Below, one piece after another: positions 1 through 10,159 of a stretch of 64,000 nucleotides of DNA (position 1 is its first letter; each line of letters begins with the position of its first letter). Source of the stretch: an uncultured Eubacteriales bacterium (GTDB taxonomy: Bacteria > Acidobacteriota > Aminicenantia > Aminicenantales > Aminicenantaceae); NCBI GenBank assembly GCA_964456985.1, contig CAYWDH010000011.1, forward strand, positions 941 to 64,940, in the 5' to 3' direction. The notes under the pieces were generated by a model. The model made no database searches, had not been told where the DNA came from, and worked only from the letters and a program-made list of their open reading frames with translations. A program made the translations under genes and the position numbers.

Positions 1-1203
1 TTCTATTGTTTGTTTTTCATTTGGATCAAAAAAAACCGATAAATCTTTCCCCATGTATTCTGACGGCTTGTATTCAAAGAGAGAACTTGTCGCATGATTG
101 GCATCTGTGATGATCCCATCTTTCAAAATGATAATGGCTTCAAAACCTGCCTGAACAAGCATATAAAATCTATTATTTGCTTTCCTTTGAGTGTCATTTG
201 ATTTTTTTTGACCGATAACACGGCCAAGATTTTTGGAGACTTCTTTTAAGATGGAGATATCCGGTTCCGTCCATTTTCCTTTATCAGATATCCATTCCAC
301 TCCAAAAAATCCTATCAATACCTCATCATGAAAGACAGGAACGGCCAAAAAAGATACGGCCTCCTCGCTCAAACACAGCTTCTTGAGAGTATTGTGCGTT
401 TCATCGATTTCTTCTGTGCTTTTGATCTGCACTGTCTTTCCGTCACTGAGATCTTCGATCAGCCAAGAAAATTCATCCAGAGGCACCTCTTTTCTTCCTT
501 GGATCCGAGGTTCGAAGCCCTCCTTTTGCCATTCATAGAGGCAGTTTGTCTCATGATTATTTTTATCGAACAGGAACAATCCTGTTCTGTCTGCACTGAG
601 TTTGATCCCTATATCCATGAGAATCCCATTGAACACTTCTTCATTGTCTTTGGCTTCCACCAGTCTTGACAGGATCCTTGACATAAATTTTTCAAAACCA
701 AGTTTTTGTTTGAGACCCACATCAACTTTTTTTTCATTTGTCACATCCTCTATGGTGACCATGGCTCCGTTTATGGACCCGTCTTTACTGAAAAGAGGAA
801 TGAAGCTGTTCCTGAAGTAGTGTTTCTTATCTGCCTCATTGACATACATAGATTCATTGGTACTTTTCTTTTGAGAATCAAGACATTTCCTTATTCCCTC
901 TGATATGCCTGATTCTTCAAAAACAGGGGCATTCCACACATCCATCTCATTCACATCCTGTCCGCTCTCTATCTCCAGCTTTTTTCTTGCATCAGAATTC
1001 ATAAAATGGACTATACCCTGGATATTGACCGACAGAATGCCGACTGAAAGTTCCTCTAATAAAGTATTAAGATAGAGTTTTTCTTCATTTAATTCCTGTT
1101 CTTTTTTGTCTCTCTCCTGCTCGACTTCCTCTATTTCTGATATCTGTTTGCGGACTCTGTCTAAATCTTCTAAAAACCTGGTTTTTTTTTCGCTTTCATC
1201 CAT
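1..1203 (-). CDS. PAS/GAF-domain sensory protein, N-terminal 401 codons (gene continues beyond the left window edge)
   Basis: Absent from the ORF track because there is no in-window stop. The reverse complement of 1..1203 is open from the ATG at 1203..1201. It reads MDESEKKTRFLEDLDRVRKQISEIEE (coiled coil), then a PAS-like block (LSVGILSVNIQGIVHFMNSDARKKL...GAMVTIEDVTNEKK). A GAF-like block follows (ILSRLVEAKDNEEVFNGILMDIGIKLSADRTGLFLFD...AVPVFHDEVLIGFFGVEW), then the start of a second PAS (FYMLVQAGFEAIIILKDGIITDANHATSSLFEY). The frame is exactly 401 codons. Confidence 0.6.
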   Translation of the reverse strand, partial: MDESEKKTRFLEDLDRVRKQISEIEEVEQERDKKEQELNEEKLYLNTLLEELSVGILSVNIQGIVHFMNSDARKKLEIESGQDVNEMDVWNAPVFEESGISEGIRKCLDSQKKSTNESMYVNEADKKHYFRNSFIPLFSKDGSINGAMVTIEDVTNEKKVDVGLKQKLGFEKFMSRILSRLVEAKDNEEVFNGILMDIGIKLSADRTGLFLFDKNNHETNCLYEWQKEGFEPRIQGRKEVPLDEFSWLIEDLSDGKTVQIKSTEEIDETHNTLKKLCLSEEAVSFLAVPVFHDEVLIGFFGVEWISDKGKWTEPDISILKEVSKNLGRVIGQKKSNDTQRKANNRFYMLVQAGFEAIIILKDGIITDANHATSSLFEYKPSEYMGKDLSVFFDPNEKQTIE

Positions 1204-1452
1204 TTCCAACACCCTTTTTATAAAGTCTTATTTTATTACAATAGAAGATACACATACTCACTATAATCCCCCACTTCTGTCTCTTCTCTTCATGCTTTTT
1301 ATAATATCTCATTTTCAATTTGTCAAATGCAATAGCCTTTTAGGATGATTTGGGGGGTGATATTATGGCTCTTGAGTTGCTTTTCCTCTTTGATTATCAT
1401 AAGGATAAATATTATGTATCAAAATTCAATCTTCTTCTAAGGAAACATTGCT

Positions 1453-3783
1453 ATGAAAAAACATCCTTTAACCATCTTTTTTATTGTAACAGTCTGCCTG
1501 ACAGGTTTTTTCCTTGGAAAGACTGCCTTTGCAGAAACAGAACCCATTCCCCTTTCAAAATATCTCGCATATGCCCGCCAATCTGCGGATTGGACATGGG
1601 AGCATTACGACGAGAGGATCGAGACATGGAGAAAGAACTTTGATCCTGAGAATGTTTTTGGCTACCGCCCTCCAGGAGGTCTCCTGGAAATGGCTGTCAT
1701 CTATGCGTATTTGTATCAAACAGAATCCCAACCAGAACAAGTCGAGCGGGCTAGAAAAGTGCTGCTGACTTATAATGAATTTACAAAAGCTTACCCCCAA
1801 TGGGCTGTTGAAAGAAGACCTGACTATGATGACAAACCTCCGGTTCTTCCTGATTTTTTCTCTGCGATGAAATATATAAGAGCCTATGTCCTGTTAAAAG
1901 ACCTGGACGTGCTCTCCCCGCAGGAAAAAAAGAAAATCGAAACGAATATTGCTGAAAGCATGACATACCTTCTCAGGTCTCAGGAATGGGGCCCAATGAA
2001 CCGGGCTGCCCTCAGAGCCGAGTCCCTGGCCTGGGCGGTCAAAGCTCTTCCCGAACATCCTGATGCAGATAAATGGCGGATGCAGTGCCATGCCCTTGTG
2101 GACGACAGCTGGGGGAACTGGGAAATAGAGGATGCTTCCCTCTATAATGCGGTCTGGCTCTATGCCCTGTGCGGATATGCCTCTGTTCAGGATAAAATGG
2201 AGGATCTGTTCAAGACCCCTGAAATGTATTATTACGCCCAATATTATCTGCAGCTTTTCTGCCCTGCCGGAATGATCCCGGACTTCGGAGATGCAAACTG
2301 GGGGAGCAACTGGAATCGATTTCTTGTCTTTTTTGAGGCGGCTGCCAGTCAGTATCAAAACAGCCAATTGAAATGGGCTGCCGCCGCTCTTGCTCGCAAA
2401 TTCATAGATTTTGACAATACGAATAATATTGGATTGGGATATATGCTTCTTGACTGCTACATCTGGGGAAGCGACTCAATCAAACCCGTGAAGCCCAAAG
2501 AATTATCAGGAGAAGTAATGGAAGATATCGTGGGAAAAAAGATCGTGTTCAGAGACGGATGGGATCCGGAATCGACCTATATGCTTTTAAACTACAGGGA
2601 TGAAGGTTCGGGAGGCAGCTATTTCAGAGATTATCTCAGAGACACGATCCCTGTAGAAGAAGAAAAAATGACCCACGGGCATTCCGATGAAAACAGTATC
2701 ATCCTTCTGATGTCCGAAGGCTCTGTTCTCCTTCATGACGGAGGATACAGAGACTATATGCCCAGTGGACCTTTCGGAGCTTACAGGCAGGACTACTTTC
2801 ACAACCGCCTGTGTGTCAGGCCTGAAAAAATCTTCATGGGGCAGGAAAAAGGTCAAAACCGCTACAGCATAAAAGAGGCTGTGGTCAGTCAGGATATTCT
2901 TGATTTTTTAAGAAACGCCGGTTCCTACAGACCGATCCGGACAAAAAAAATAGATTTTCTGACCTTTGAGGACTTTGACTACAGCAGAACTCGGCTTATA
3001 GATGACAAAATGGGATATGAATGGGACAGAATCCTGGTCTACATCAAAGATCCCTCAGTCTTCATTGTTTTCGATGTTTTCAAGGCTACTGAAGAAAGTT
3101 ATTTCACCCTGTCAAATCTCTGGCATACTCGAAAAATAATCTCCCGGGGAGATCACTGGTATGATACGGTCTATGACAGAATACAGAACCACGCCTTTCC
3201 AACAGACCAGCACCTTCTCATCCTTTTCCCCAAGATCCACTACAGACTGGAGGGAGTGATGCCTCAAAAAAGGCATTATCAGGATGAACTCACCATCCAC
3301 CAAACCACAGCCCAGCACTTTGAGCTAACAGAGACAATGGGGTTCATCACTGTACTCATCCCCCACTCCTCAGAAACAAAACCTGAGTCCTTTCTCAGCA
3401 AAGTCAGTCTCCTTCCAATCGAACCTCATAACACAGGCATGGGTATTAAGATAAGGCTTGGGAGTAAAGAAATATATACAGGAGTCAAAAACGATTTGAG
3501 GATGGATATGTCCAGAGACTGGAGAAGACCCCGTTACACTTATGAGGCCGGAAAAGTCAAATGGGGGCCTTTTGAATCCAACGGAGATTTTGTGTTTGCT
3601 TCAACAAAGAACCATGAGCTGCGCTACACCATAGTCAATCTGACAAAAGCTCTGTATCTGGACCAGGTGCTCGTTGACATCAAACCTGACAGGTCCGGCC
3701 TTCTCTTTGACGGAAGTGAAGACAAGCCAGGTAAAACAAAACTGAGATACTGGCGGGACAAAGCACAAATCAATAAAAAATAA
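1453..3783 (+). CDS. Secreted heparinase II/III-like polysaccharide lyase family protein
   Basis: 776-aa ORF with a signal peptide (MKKHPLTIFFIVTVCLTGFFLGKTAFA). The C-terminal half carries a heparinase II/III-type block, EEEKMTHGHSDENSIILL...DGGYRDYMPSGPFGAYRQDYFHNRL. The family call rests on motif memory only. Confidence 0.5.
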   Translation: MKKHPLTIFFIVTVCLTGFFLGKTAFAETEPIPLSKYLAYARQSADWTWEHYDERIETWRKNFDPENVFGYRPPGGLLEMAVIYAYLYQTESQPEQVERARKVLLTYNEFTKAYPQWAVERRPDYDDKPPVLPDFFSAMKYIRAYVLLKDLDVLSPQEKKKIETNIAESMTYLLRSQEWGPMNRAALRAESLAWAVKALPEHPDADKWRMQCHALVDDSWGNWEIEDASLYNAVWLYALCGYASVQDKMEDLFKTPEMYYYAQYYLQLFCPAGMIPDFGDANWGSNWNRFLVFFEAAASQYQNSQLKWAAAALARKFIDFDNTNNIGLGYMLLDCYIWGSDSIKPVKPKELSGEVMEDIVGKKIVFRDGWDPESTYMLLNYRDEGSGGSYFRDYLRDTIPVEEEKMTHGHSDENSIILLMSEGSVLLHDGGYRDYMPSGPFGAYRQDYFHNRLCVRPEKIFMGQEKGQNRYSIKEAVVSQDILDFLRNAGSYRPIRTKKIDFLTFEDFDYSRTRLIDDKMGYEWDRILVYIKDPSVFIVFDVFKATEESYFTLSNLWHTRKIISRGDHWYDTVYDRIQNHAFPTDQHLLILFPKIHYRLEGVMPQKRHYQDELTIHQTTAQHFELTETMGFITVLIPHSSETKPESFLSKVSLLPIEPHNTGMGIKIRLGSKEIYTGVKNDLRMDMSRDWRRPRYTYEAGKVKWGPFESNGDFVFASTKNHELRYTIVNLTKALYLDQVLVDIKPDRSGLLFDGSEDKPGKTKLRYWRDKAQINKK

Positions 3784-3912
3784 TATATAGCAGCCAATCA
3801 AAATAAGGAATAGGCAAATCAAATGATTTTTAAGTATTTCCAATTTACCGATCATTCAAGATATGATATAAAAAAGTCTGTAAATAACATGCGTTTCAGA
3901 AGGGAGCATAAA

Positions 3913-6900
3913 ATGAAAAAATCTTTGAGGCTGTTTTGTACGTTTATGATATCTTTTGTGTTGGTACTTTCCTCTTCCTTAAAAGGAATCGATACAAATG
4001 ATACAAAAATGCTGACTCATCCTGCCGTGAGTCAGGAAAATATTGTGTTTTCTTATTCGAATGATCTATGGACCGCGGATTTGAGCGGAAACAATGTTCG
4101 CCGCTTGACTTCCCATAAAGGAGTAGAATCATTCCCTGTTTTCTCTCCGGACGGAAAATGGATCGCCTTTAGTGGAGAATATGACGGAAACACAGATGTC
4201 TATATCATCCCTGCTCAAGGCGGGATTCCAAAGCGGCTGACCTGGCATCCTTATTCAGATACGGTCAGAACATTCACTCCTGATGGAAAATACGTGGTCT
4301 TCCTATCCTCCCGCTTTTCTTTCACCGGCGCCCGCAGCAAGCTCTATAAAGTATCGATAGAGGGAGGGATTCCTGTCCCGGAAAAAATGCCATATGCCAA
4401 TAAAGCTTCCTATTCCCCTGACGGGAAAAGGATCGCTTATACGCCTTTTGGAGAGGCTTTTCATCAGTGGAAGCACTACAGGGGAGGCACTTTTTCGAGA
4501 ATCTGGATCATGACCCTTAGTGACAATTCCATAGAAATGATTCCTCAGCCGGAAGGAAGATGTAATGATACGGACCCTCTGTGGATCCACAATCAAATAT
4601 ATTTCCGTTCAGACAGAAACGGAGAATTCAATCTCTTCTCCTTTGATACGGAAACAAAAGAGATAAAACAGCTTACTGATTATCAGGATTTTCCTGTTAT
4701 TTCAGTGTCCTCAACTAAGGACAAAATCATCTTCGAGCAAAAAGGAAAACTTCACTTGTTCGACATCCATAATGGCACAGTGGATGACCTCTCCATTGGC
4801 ATTGCGACGGACCTTATGGAATTAAGGCCCAGATATGTTAAAGGAAGCCAATATGTAAGAAATCTGGACATATCACCCACCGGTGCAAGAGCTGTTCTTG
4901 AATTCAGAGGAGAAATCATAACCTTCCCCGCGGAAAAAGGTGACTACCGCAACATCACGGAAACCCAAGGAACCAACGAGAGGGATCCTGCCTGGTCGCC
5001 CGACGGGAAAAAGATCGCTTATTTTTCAGATGAGAGCGGAGAATATTTTCTTCATATTAAAGAACCGGGGATCAAAGGTAACGTGAAAAAATACCCGATA
5101 GACGGAGCCGGTTTTTATGACAGACCTTACTGGTCTCCGGACAGCAAAAAAATCTCCTATACGGATAACTCATGGAGCCTTTACTGGTTTGATATTGAAA
5201 CCGGAAAATCACATAAAATCGCATCAGAATACCTTTACGGGCCTTCAGGCTTGAAAACCATTCAGGGAGTCTGGTCCCCTGATTCAAAATGGATCACCTA
5301 CACACTGAACACTAAAGCCTATATCCAAAAGGTCTATGTGTATTCCCTCGAAGAAGATAAATCCTATCCCATCACAGACGGATTGAGCGAAGTGAGCGAC
5401 CCTGTTTTTGATCCCAGCGGCAAATACCTCTACTTTTTCGCCTCTACTGATGCGGGACCGGTAAAACATTGGTTCGCTCTGTCCAGTGCGGACATGAGAA
5501 TGACCAGTGCGATCTATATAGCTGTGCTTCAGAATGATGTTCCTTCTCCCCTGGCTAAAGAAAGCGATGAGGAAAAAGGATCGGAAGATAAGAAACCGGA
5601 TAAAAAAGGCGATGAGGAAAAAGAAGAACAAAAAGAAGAATTCCGTATTGACTTTGAAGGACTCAATGAACGTATCCTCAGCATTCCTGTCCCTGAGGGA
5701 AATTATGGTTCACTTCAGACAGGAAGCAGCGGCCAGATCTTCTATCTGGAAGCTCCGCCCGACAGCAGCGTCCCTTACTCACGCGAAACAAAACTGCATA
5801 AATTCGACCTGGATAAACGTAAAGATTTGGTCATCATGACCGGTGTAAACGGATATAAAATATCTGCTGACCATAAAAAAATTCTCTATGTTTCAGGCAG
5901 GGTTATAGGGATCACCAACATCGCTGACAACATAAAACCGGGCCAGGGGAAATTAAACACAGACTCCATTCAGGTTCAAATAGACCCACCCGAAGAATGG
6001 AAACAGATTTTTCATGAAGCCTGGAGGATCAACAGGGACTATTTTTATGATCCGAATATGCATGGAGTGGATTGGAATAAAATGCTGGAAAAATATTCCG
6101 TTTTTGTGCCCCACCTTTCCTGCCGCCAGGATTTGAATAGAGTGATACAGTGGATGTGCAGTGAATTGGGAGTGGGTCATCACAGAGTCGGCGGAGGAGA
6201 TACTCTTACGGAAATAGACCGGGTCCCGGTCGGATTATTGGGAGCTGATTATTCCATTGAAAACGGCCGATATCGATTCAAAAAAGTCTTCGGAGGCCTT
6301 AACTGGAATCCGGAGCTCCGTTCCCCTCTCACCGAACCCGGAGTGGATGTGAAGCCGGGAGAATATCTCATTGCGGTCAATGGCGAACAAGTCAGGCCCC
6401 CTGAAAATTTGTTCAAATTTTTTGAAAACACGGCCAACCGGCTGGTTGAAATAACGGTCAGCTCTGATCCTGAAGGAAAAAATTCACGCGATGTGAATGT
6501 AGTCCCCCTTTCCATTGAATACTATCTCAGAAACAGGGACTGGGTGGAAAGCAATATCGATAAAGTGAATAAAGCAACAGGAGGGAAAGTGGCTTATGTC
6601 TATGTTCCTAATACGAGCACATTAGGGCATACCTACTTTAAAAGATATTTCTTTCCCCAATCAGACAAAGACGCCATAATCGTTGACGAACGATTCAACG
6701 GCGGCGGCTCAGTTGCCGACTACTACATAGATATCCTGAGACGGCCTTATGTGTGCTACTGGAATTTGAGATACGGGGCGGATTTGAAAACTCCGAGCGC
6801 ATCCATTCAAGGACCTAAGGTCATGCTGATCAATGAGTCCGCAGGCTCAGGCGGCGACCTTCTTCCCTGGATGTTCAGAAAGTTCAAACTGGGGAAACTC

Positions 6901-7182
6901 ATAGGAACCAGAACCTGGGGAGGCCTGGTCGGAGTACTTGGATTTCCAATTCTCATGGACGGAGGATATGTCACAGCCCCTAATCTGGCTATCTGGACAG
7001 AAGACGGATGGGTCGTTGAAAATGAAGGAGTCCCCCCGGACATCGATGTCCAACAGACACCGTCTGAAATTCTGAAAGGTCATGACCCCCAGCTGGAAAA
7101 GGCTATTCAGGTCGTGCTTGAAGAACTGAAGAAAAATCCCCCGAAGAAACCGCAAAGACCCCCGTACAAAAAGATAAAATAG
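3913..7182 (+). CDS. Tricorn protease homolog (TolB-like beta-propellers + PDZ + S41 peptidase core), secreted
   Basis: ORF 3823..7182. I prefer the ATG at 3913, which gives a signal peptide (MKKSLRLFCTFMISFVLVLSSS). It has repeated PD40 blades (FSPDGKWIAF, YSPDGKRIAY, WSPDGKKIAY, WSPDSKKISY, WSPDSKWITY, FDPSGKYLYF). A PDZ-like segment (GEYLIAVNGEQV) and an S41-type C-terminal core (IVDERFNGGGSVADY...INESAGSGGD) follow. The length of about 1090 aa is typical of tricorn homologs. Confidence 0.8.
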   Translation: MKKSLRLFCTFMISFVLVLSSSLKGIDTNDTKMLTHPAVSQENIVFSYSNDLWTADLSGNNVRRLTSHKGVESFPVFSPDGKWIAFSGEYDGNTDVYIIPAQGGIPKRLTWHPYSDTVRTFTPDGKYVVFLSSRFSFTGARSKLYKVSIEGGIPVPEKMPYANKASYSPDGKRIAYTPFGEAFHQWKHYRGGTFSRIWIMTLSDNSIEMIPQPEGRCNDTDPLWIHNQIYFRSDRNGEFNLFSFDTETKEIKQLTDYQDFPVISVSSTKDKIIFEQKGKLHLFDIHNGTVDDLSIGIATDLMELRPRYVKGSQYVRNLDISPTGARAVLEFRGEIITFPAEKGDYRNITETQGTNERDPAWSPDGKKIAYFSDESGEYFLHIKEPGIKGNVKKYPIDGAGFYDRPYWSPDSKKISYTDNSWSLYWFDIETGKSHKIASEYLYGPSGLKTIQGVWSPDSKWITYTLNTKAYIQKVYVYSLEEDKSYPITDGLSEVSDPVFDPSGKYLYFFASTDAGPVKHWFALSSADMRMTSAIYIAVLQNDVPSPLAKESDEEKGSEDKKPDKKGDEEKEEQKEEFRIDFEGLNERILSIPVPEGNYGSLQTGSSGQIFYLEAPPDSSVPYSRETKLHKFDLDKRKDLVIMTGVNGYKISADHKKILYVSGRVIGITNIADNIKPGQGKLNTDSIQVQIDPPEEWKQIFHEAWRINRDYFYDPNMHGVDWNKMLEKYSVFVPHLSCRQDLNRVIQWMCSELGVGHHRVGGGDTLTEIDRVPVGLLGADYSIENGRYRFKKVFGGLNWNPELRSPLTEPGVDVKPGEYLIAVNGEQVRPPENLFKFFENTANRLVEITVSSDPEGKNSRDVNVVPLSIEYYLRNRDWVESNIDKVNKATGGKVAYVYVPNTSTLGHTYFKRYFFPQSDKDAIIVDERFNGGGSVADYYIDILRRPYVCYWNLRYGADLKTPSASIQGPKVMLINESAGSGGDLLPWMFRKFKLGKLIGTRTWGGLVGVLGFPILMDGGYVTAPNLAIWTEDGWVVENEGVPPDIDVQQTPSEILKGHDPQLEKAIQVVLEELKKNPPKKPQRPPYKKIK

Positions 7183-7198
7183 CGTACAGGAAATTTTT

Positions 7199-8323
7199 TT
7201 ACTTGAGGCTTTCCTTACTCCCAAACGAACGGCTGATGGAAAACTCACTGAAATCAACATCCCACCTATCATGAATCATATAAGATACGAGATGTTTGCA
7301 TATGCCGGGACCGAACATAAAACCGTGTCCTGACATACCGGAGGCAACATAAAGGTTTTCCACCTCTGTCTGGTCCACTATGGGACTTCCGTCCGGGGTC
7401 ATGGTATAGCTTCCGGCCCAATGCCTTAAAATAGCGGCTTTTTCCAATTCCGGAACCAGACGGACCATTCTCTGTGCCATCTCAAGTAAAAATTCACGCG
7501 AACTGTCCTCCCGTACTCCCGGAACATTGGGATCAGGTGTGTAACAGCCTATGACCTGTCCGGTTAAAAGCTGTTGGAAATAGCATCCGTCTTTCCGGTA
7601 ATCAACCAGCATGGGTTCAATGAGCTTTGGTATTCTCTCTGTTATGACCGCTTCATGCCTTTCAGGATAAAGAGGAAGGTCTAATCCCACTTTTTTCCCG
7701 ATCTCCCCTGTCCAGGCTCCTGCACTCAGGAGAACTTTGTTGGCCTCGATCACAGTTCCGTTTGTTAAAGTCAGAAGGAAATTTTCTTTTTTCTCGATCC
7801 CAGAAACCGGATTATGAAGATAAAAATCCCCGCTTTTTTCATCGATCTTCTTCTTATAGCCTTTCAATACGGAAAAAGGATATGCCTGACCGTCATCCGG
7901 GCAATAAGCAGCTCCCAGAAGGCCATCCGTATTCAATCTGGGTACAATAGATAAGGTTTCTTCCGGACTCAACAGGGAGACGTTTATGCCTTCCTTTTTC
8001 TGGAGTTCGATGTTTGATCTGAATACATTGAGAAGAACCTCATCATGAGCCATGAGAAGATAGCCGCTTTTTGCGAAATCAATGGAAAATCCGAATTCAT
8101 CCTCCATTTGAGAAAAAAGAGAAACACTCTCTTTCATGAGTCCAATGGATGCCGTGGTTGAAAACTGCTGCCGTATCCCTGATATGCACCGTCCTGTTGA
8201 GCCCGAGCCAATATAGCTCTTGTCAATGACAGCTGTTTTCAATCCTTCCTGGCTTAGATTATAGGCAGCGGCCATGCCGATTATTCCGGCTCCTATAACA
8301 GCTGAGTCATAGGTTTTTTTCAT
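7199..8323 (-). CDS. FAD-dependent oxidoreductase, DadA / sarcosine-oxidase-beta / HcnC-like subunit
   Basis: 374 aa with an N-terminal Rossmann dinucleotide motif (YDSAVIGAGIIGMAAAYNL). The length and C-terminal GHGFMFGPG-type block are typical of DAO-family flavoproteins. It is divergent from the 2Fe-2S and FAD/NAD subunit genes at 8455..10138. Confidence 0.75.
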   Translation of the reverse strand: MKKTYDSAVIGAGIIGMAAAYNLSQEGLKTAVIDKSYIGSGSTGRCISGIRQQFSTTASIGLMKESVSLFSQMEDEFGFSIDFAKSGYLLMAHDEVLLNVFRSNIELQKKEGINVSLLSPEETLSIVPRLNTDGLLGAAYCPDDGQAYPFSVLKGYKKKIDEKSGDFYLHNPVSGIEKKENFLLTLTNGTVIEANKVLLSAGAWTGEIGKKVGLDLPLYPERHEAVITERIPKLIEPMLVDYRKDGCYFQQLLTGQVIGCYTPDPNVPGVREDSSREFLLEMAQRMVRLVPELEKAAILRHWAGSYTMTPDGSPIVDQTEVENLYVASGMSGHGFMFGPGICKHLVSYMIHDRWDVDFSEFSISRSFGSKESLK

Positions 8324-8454
8324 TCTTTTTCCCTAGATAAGAAGATATTTTTTATCACAGGTCATTCCCTAAGTCAAATCAAAACAATTCTTGACAATTT
8401 TTCTATCAATAGATAGGCTATGAATTCAAAAATCCAAAAATTTTATCCAGGAAA

Positions 8455-8742
8455 ATGGAAGACCTGAGAATAGAAAAAATACAAAGAAAGCAGAAAATCA
8501 CATTAACTGTAAACGGCTCAGAAATAAATGCGTATAAGGGGGAAACGGTTCTGGCCGCCCTGATAGCAGCAGGATACAAAACCCTGAAAAAAAACCCTGT
8601 AAACCAAGAGCCTAGAGGCGCTCTGTGCGGCATGGGAGTGTGTTTCGAGTGCACAGTAACCATAAACGGGGTCCCGAATATAAGAGCCTGTATGACTGAA
8701 GTCCGGGAGGGAATGAGCATAGAGACCGACGATGAAAGATAA
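8455..8742 (+). CDS. Small (2Fe-2S)-binding subunit (HcnA / opine oxidase / D-hydroxyproline dehydrogenase gamma-like)
   Basis: 95 aa. The pattern LTVNGSEINAYKGETVLAALIAAG...CGMGVCFECTVTINGVPNIRAC matches small 2Fe-2S subunits of heterotrimeric flavoprotein dehydrogenases. It overlaps the next gene by 11 nt. Confidence 0.7.
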   Translation: MEDLRIEKIQRKQKITLTVNGSEINAYKGETVLAALIAAGYKTLKKNPVNQEPRGALCGMGVCFECTVTINGVPNIRACMTEVREGMSIETDDER

Positions 8743-10138
8743 ATACAATATTGTCATTATAGGAAGCGGATTATCAGGAATCGCCGCTGCAGATATTCTG
8801 GCCGATCATAATTTAAGCATTCTTCTCATCGACGAAAATATCCACATCGGCGGCCAGCTTTTAAGGAAAATCCCCGAAGACCTAGGAGAATACCCTTCGT
8901 ACAAACCGGAAAAAATAAAAAGAATCGGATTTAACTTCATAGATAAAGTCAAAGAAAAGAAAATCACTCTAATGAACAAGACCATTCTCCAGGGAGTCTA
9001 TAAAAACAATGAACTGCTGATCGAATACAACAGGGAAAAAACGTTCACTCTCAAATATGATTTTCTTCTCTTTACCACAGGAGCAAGAGAAAGATTCCTT
9101 CCTTTTAAAGGATGGACCCTTCCTGGAGTCTATTCCACAGGAATGCTTCAGGTCCTTATTAAGAGTTCTGGCCTTCTACCTGCAAAGAAAATGCTGATGG
9201 CAGGCTCCGGATTGTTTCTGTTCGCAGCGGCTTATGAATACCTGAAAAACGGCGGAAAACTCCTCGGCCTCTTGGAGCAGTCACCCTTCTGGAACAAAGT
9301 TAAATTTCTCCCTCAATTTCTCCATCAATCATCTAAATTTCTGGAAGGAGCGGGCTATATATCCAAAATACTGCTTTCCGGAGTGCCCGTAAAATTCCGG
9401 AGGCATGTCATAGAAGCGCGGGGTGAAAAAAGCCTGGAGGAAGTGGTCGTGGGAAAGCTTGACAAGCACGGCAAACCCATACACGGAACAGAGAAAATAT
9501 ATCAGACAGACGCCCTGGTTATCGGATACGGCTTTGTGCCGAACATCGAAGCCCCGCAGATGGCAGGCTGCGAGCTGGAATATGCCAAAGAAAAAGGGGG
9601 CTGGACGGTTGTTGTGAACGAGCGCATGGAGACCAATATGGAAAACATCCTTGCAGCCGGGGAAATCACGGGTATAGGCGGCGCCAATAAATCTTTAAAT
9701 GAAGGCAAGATCGCTGCATACTCCATACTGGAAAAACTCCAGTTAATGGATGAGGCAGACCTGAACCCTCTTTTCAAAAAGCTTAAAAAAGAGAGAAAAC
9801 ACCATATGAGCTTTGTCAAATGCTTCAACTCTCTTTATCAAATCAAACAAAAAACAGTCCTCGAAATCCCGGACGATACCATTGTGTGCCGCTGTGAAAG
9901 CGTTGACATGAAAAGCATAAAGGATGCCATCAGCATAGGCTGTAATGACCCAAACGGCCTTAAAATGGCCACCCGCTGTACCATGGGCCAATGTCAGGGA
10001 CGGACATGCGCTCCGGCTATCTATGACCTGCTCCAAATCCTGTGCGGCCTCACTCCGGAGGAAACCGGTCTGTTCTCTGTAAGGCCTCCCTTTAAACCCG
10101 TATCCATCAGCGCTTTGAACAAATCGAACAAATCCTGA
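8732..10138 (+). CDS. FAD/NAD(P)-binding oxidoreductase subunit with BFD-like [2Fe-2S] domain (HcnB / opine oxidase A-like)
   Basis: 468 aa with an N-terminal dinucleotide fold (YNIVIIGSGLSGIAAADIL). A second Rossmann fold (MLMAGSGLFLFAAA) follows. The C-terminal Cys cluster is CRCESVDMKSIKDAI...CTMGQCQGRTC. Confidence 0.7.
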   Translation: MKDKYNIVIIGSGLSGIAAADILADHNLSILLIDENIHIGGQLLRKIPEDLGEYPSYKPEKIKRIGFNFIDKVKEKKITLMNKTILQGVYKNNELLIEYNREKTFTLKYDFLLFTTGARERFLPFKGWTLPGVYSTGMLQVLIKSSGLLPAKKMLMAGSGLFLFAAAYEYLKNGGKLLGLLEQSPFWNKVKFLPQFLHQSSKFLEGAGYISKILLSGVPVKFRRHVIEARGEKSLEEVVVGKLDKHGKPIHGTEKIYQTDALVIGYGFVPNIEAPQMAGCELEYAKEKGGWTVVVNERMETNMENILAAGEITGIGGANKSLNEGKIAAYSILEKLQLMDEADLNPLFKKLKKERKHHMSFVKCFNSLYQIKQKTVLEIPDDTIVCRCESVDMKSIKDAISIGCNDPNGLKMATRCTMGQCQGRTCAPAIYDLLQILCGLTPEETGLFSVRPPFKPVSISALNKSNKS

Positions 10139-10159
10139 TCAAACAGAACGTTATCACAC

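Noticed and set aside
328-1348. Short + strand ORFs at the left end of the window (328..669, 602..820, 706..903, 1106..1348).
   Set aside because: They are antisense shadows of the 401-codon PAS/GAF ORF that reads off the window edge on the minus strand.
3823-3912. Upstream extension of the tricorn ORF (MIFKYFQFTDHSRYDIKKSVNNMRFRREHK).
   Set aside because: The internal ATG at 3913 yields a canonical signal peptide. The extension has no hydrophobic or conserved character.
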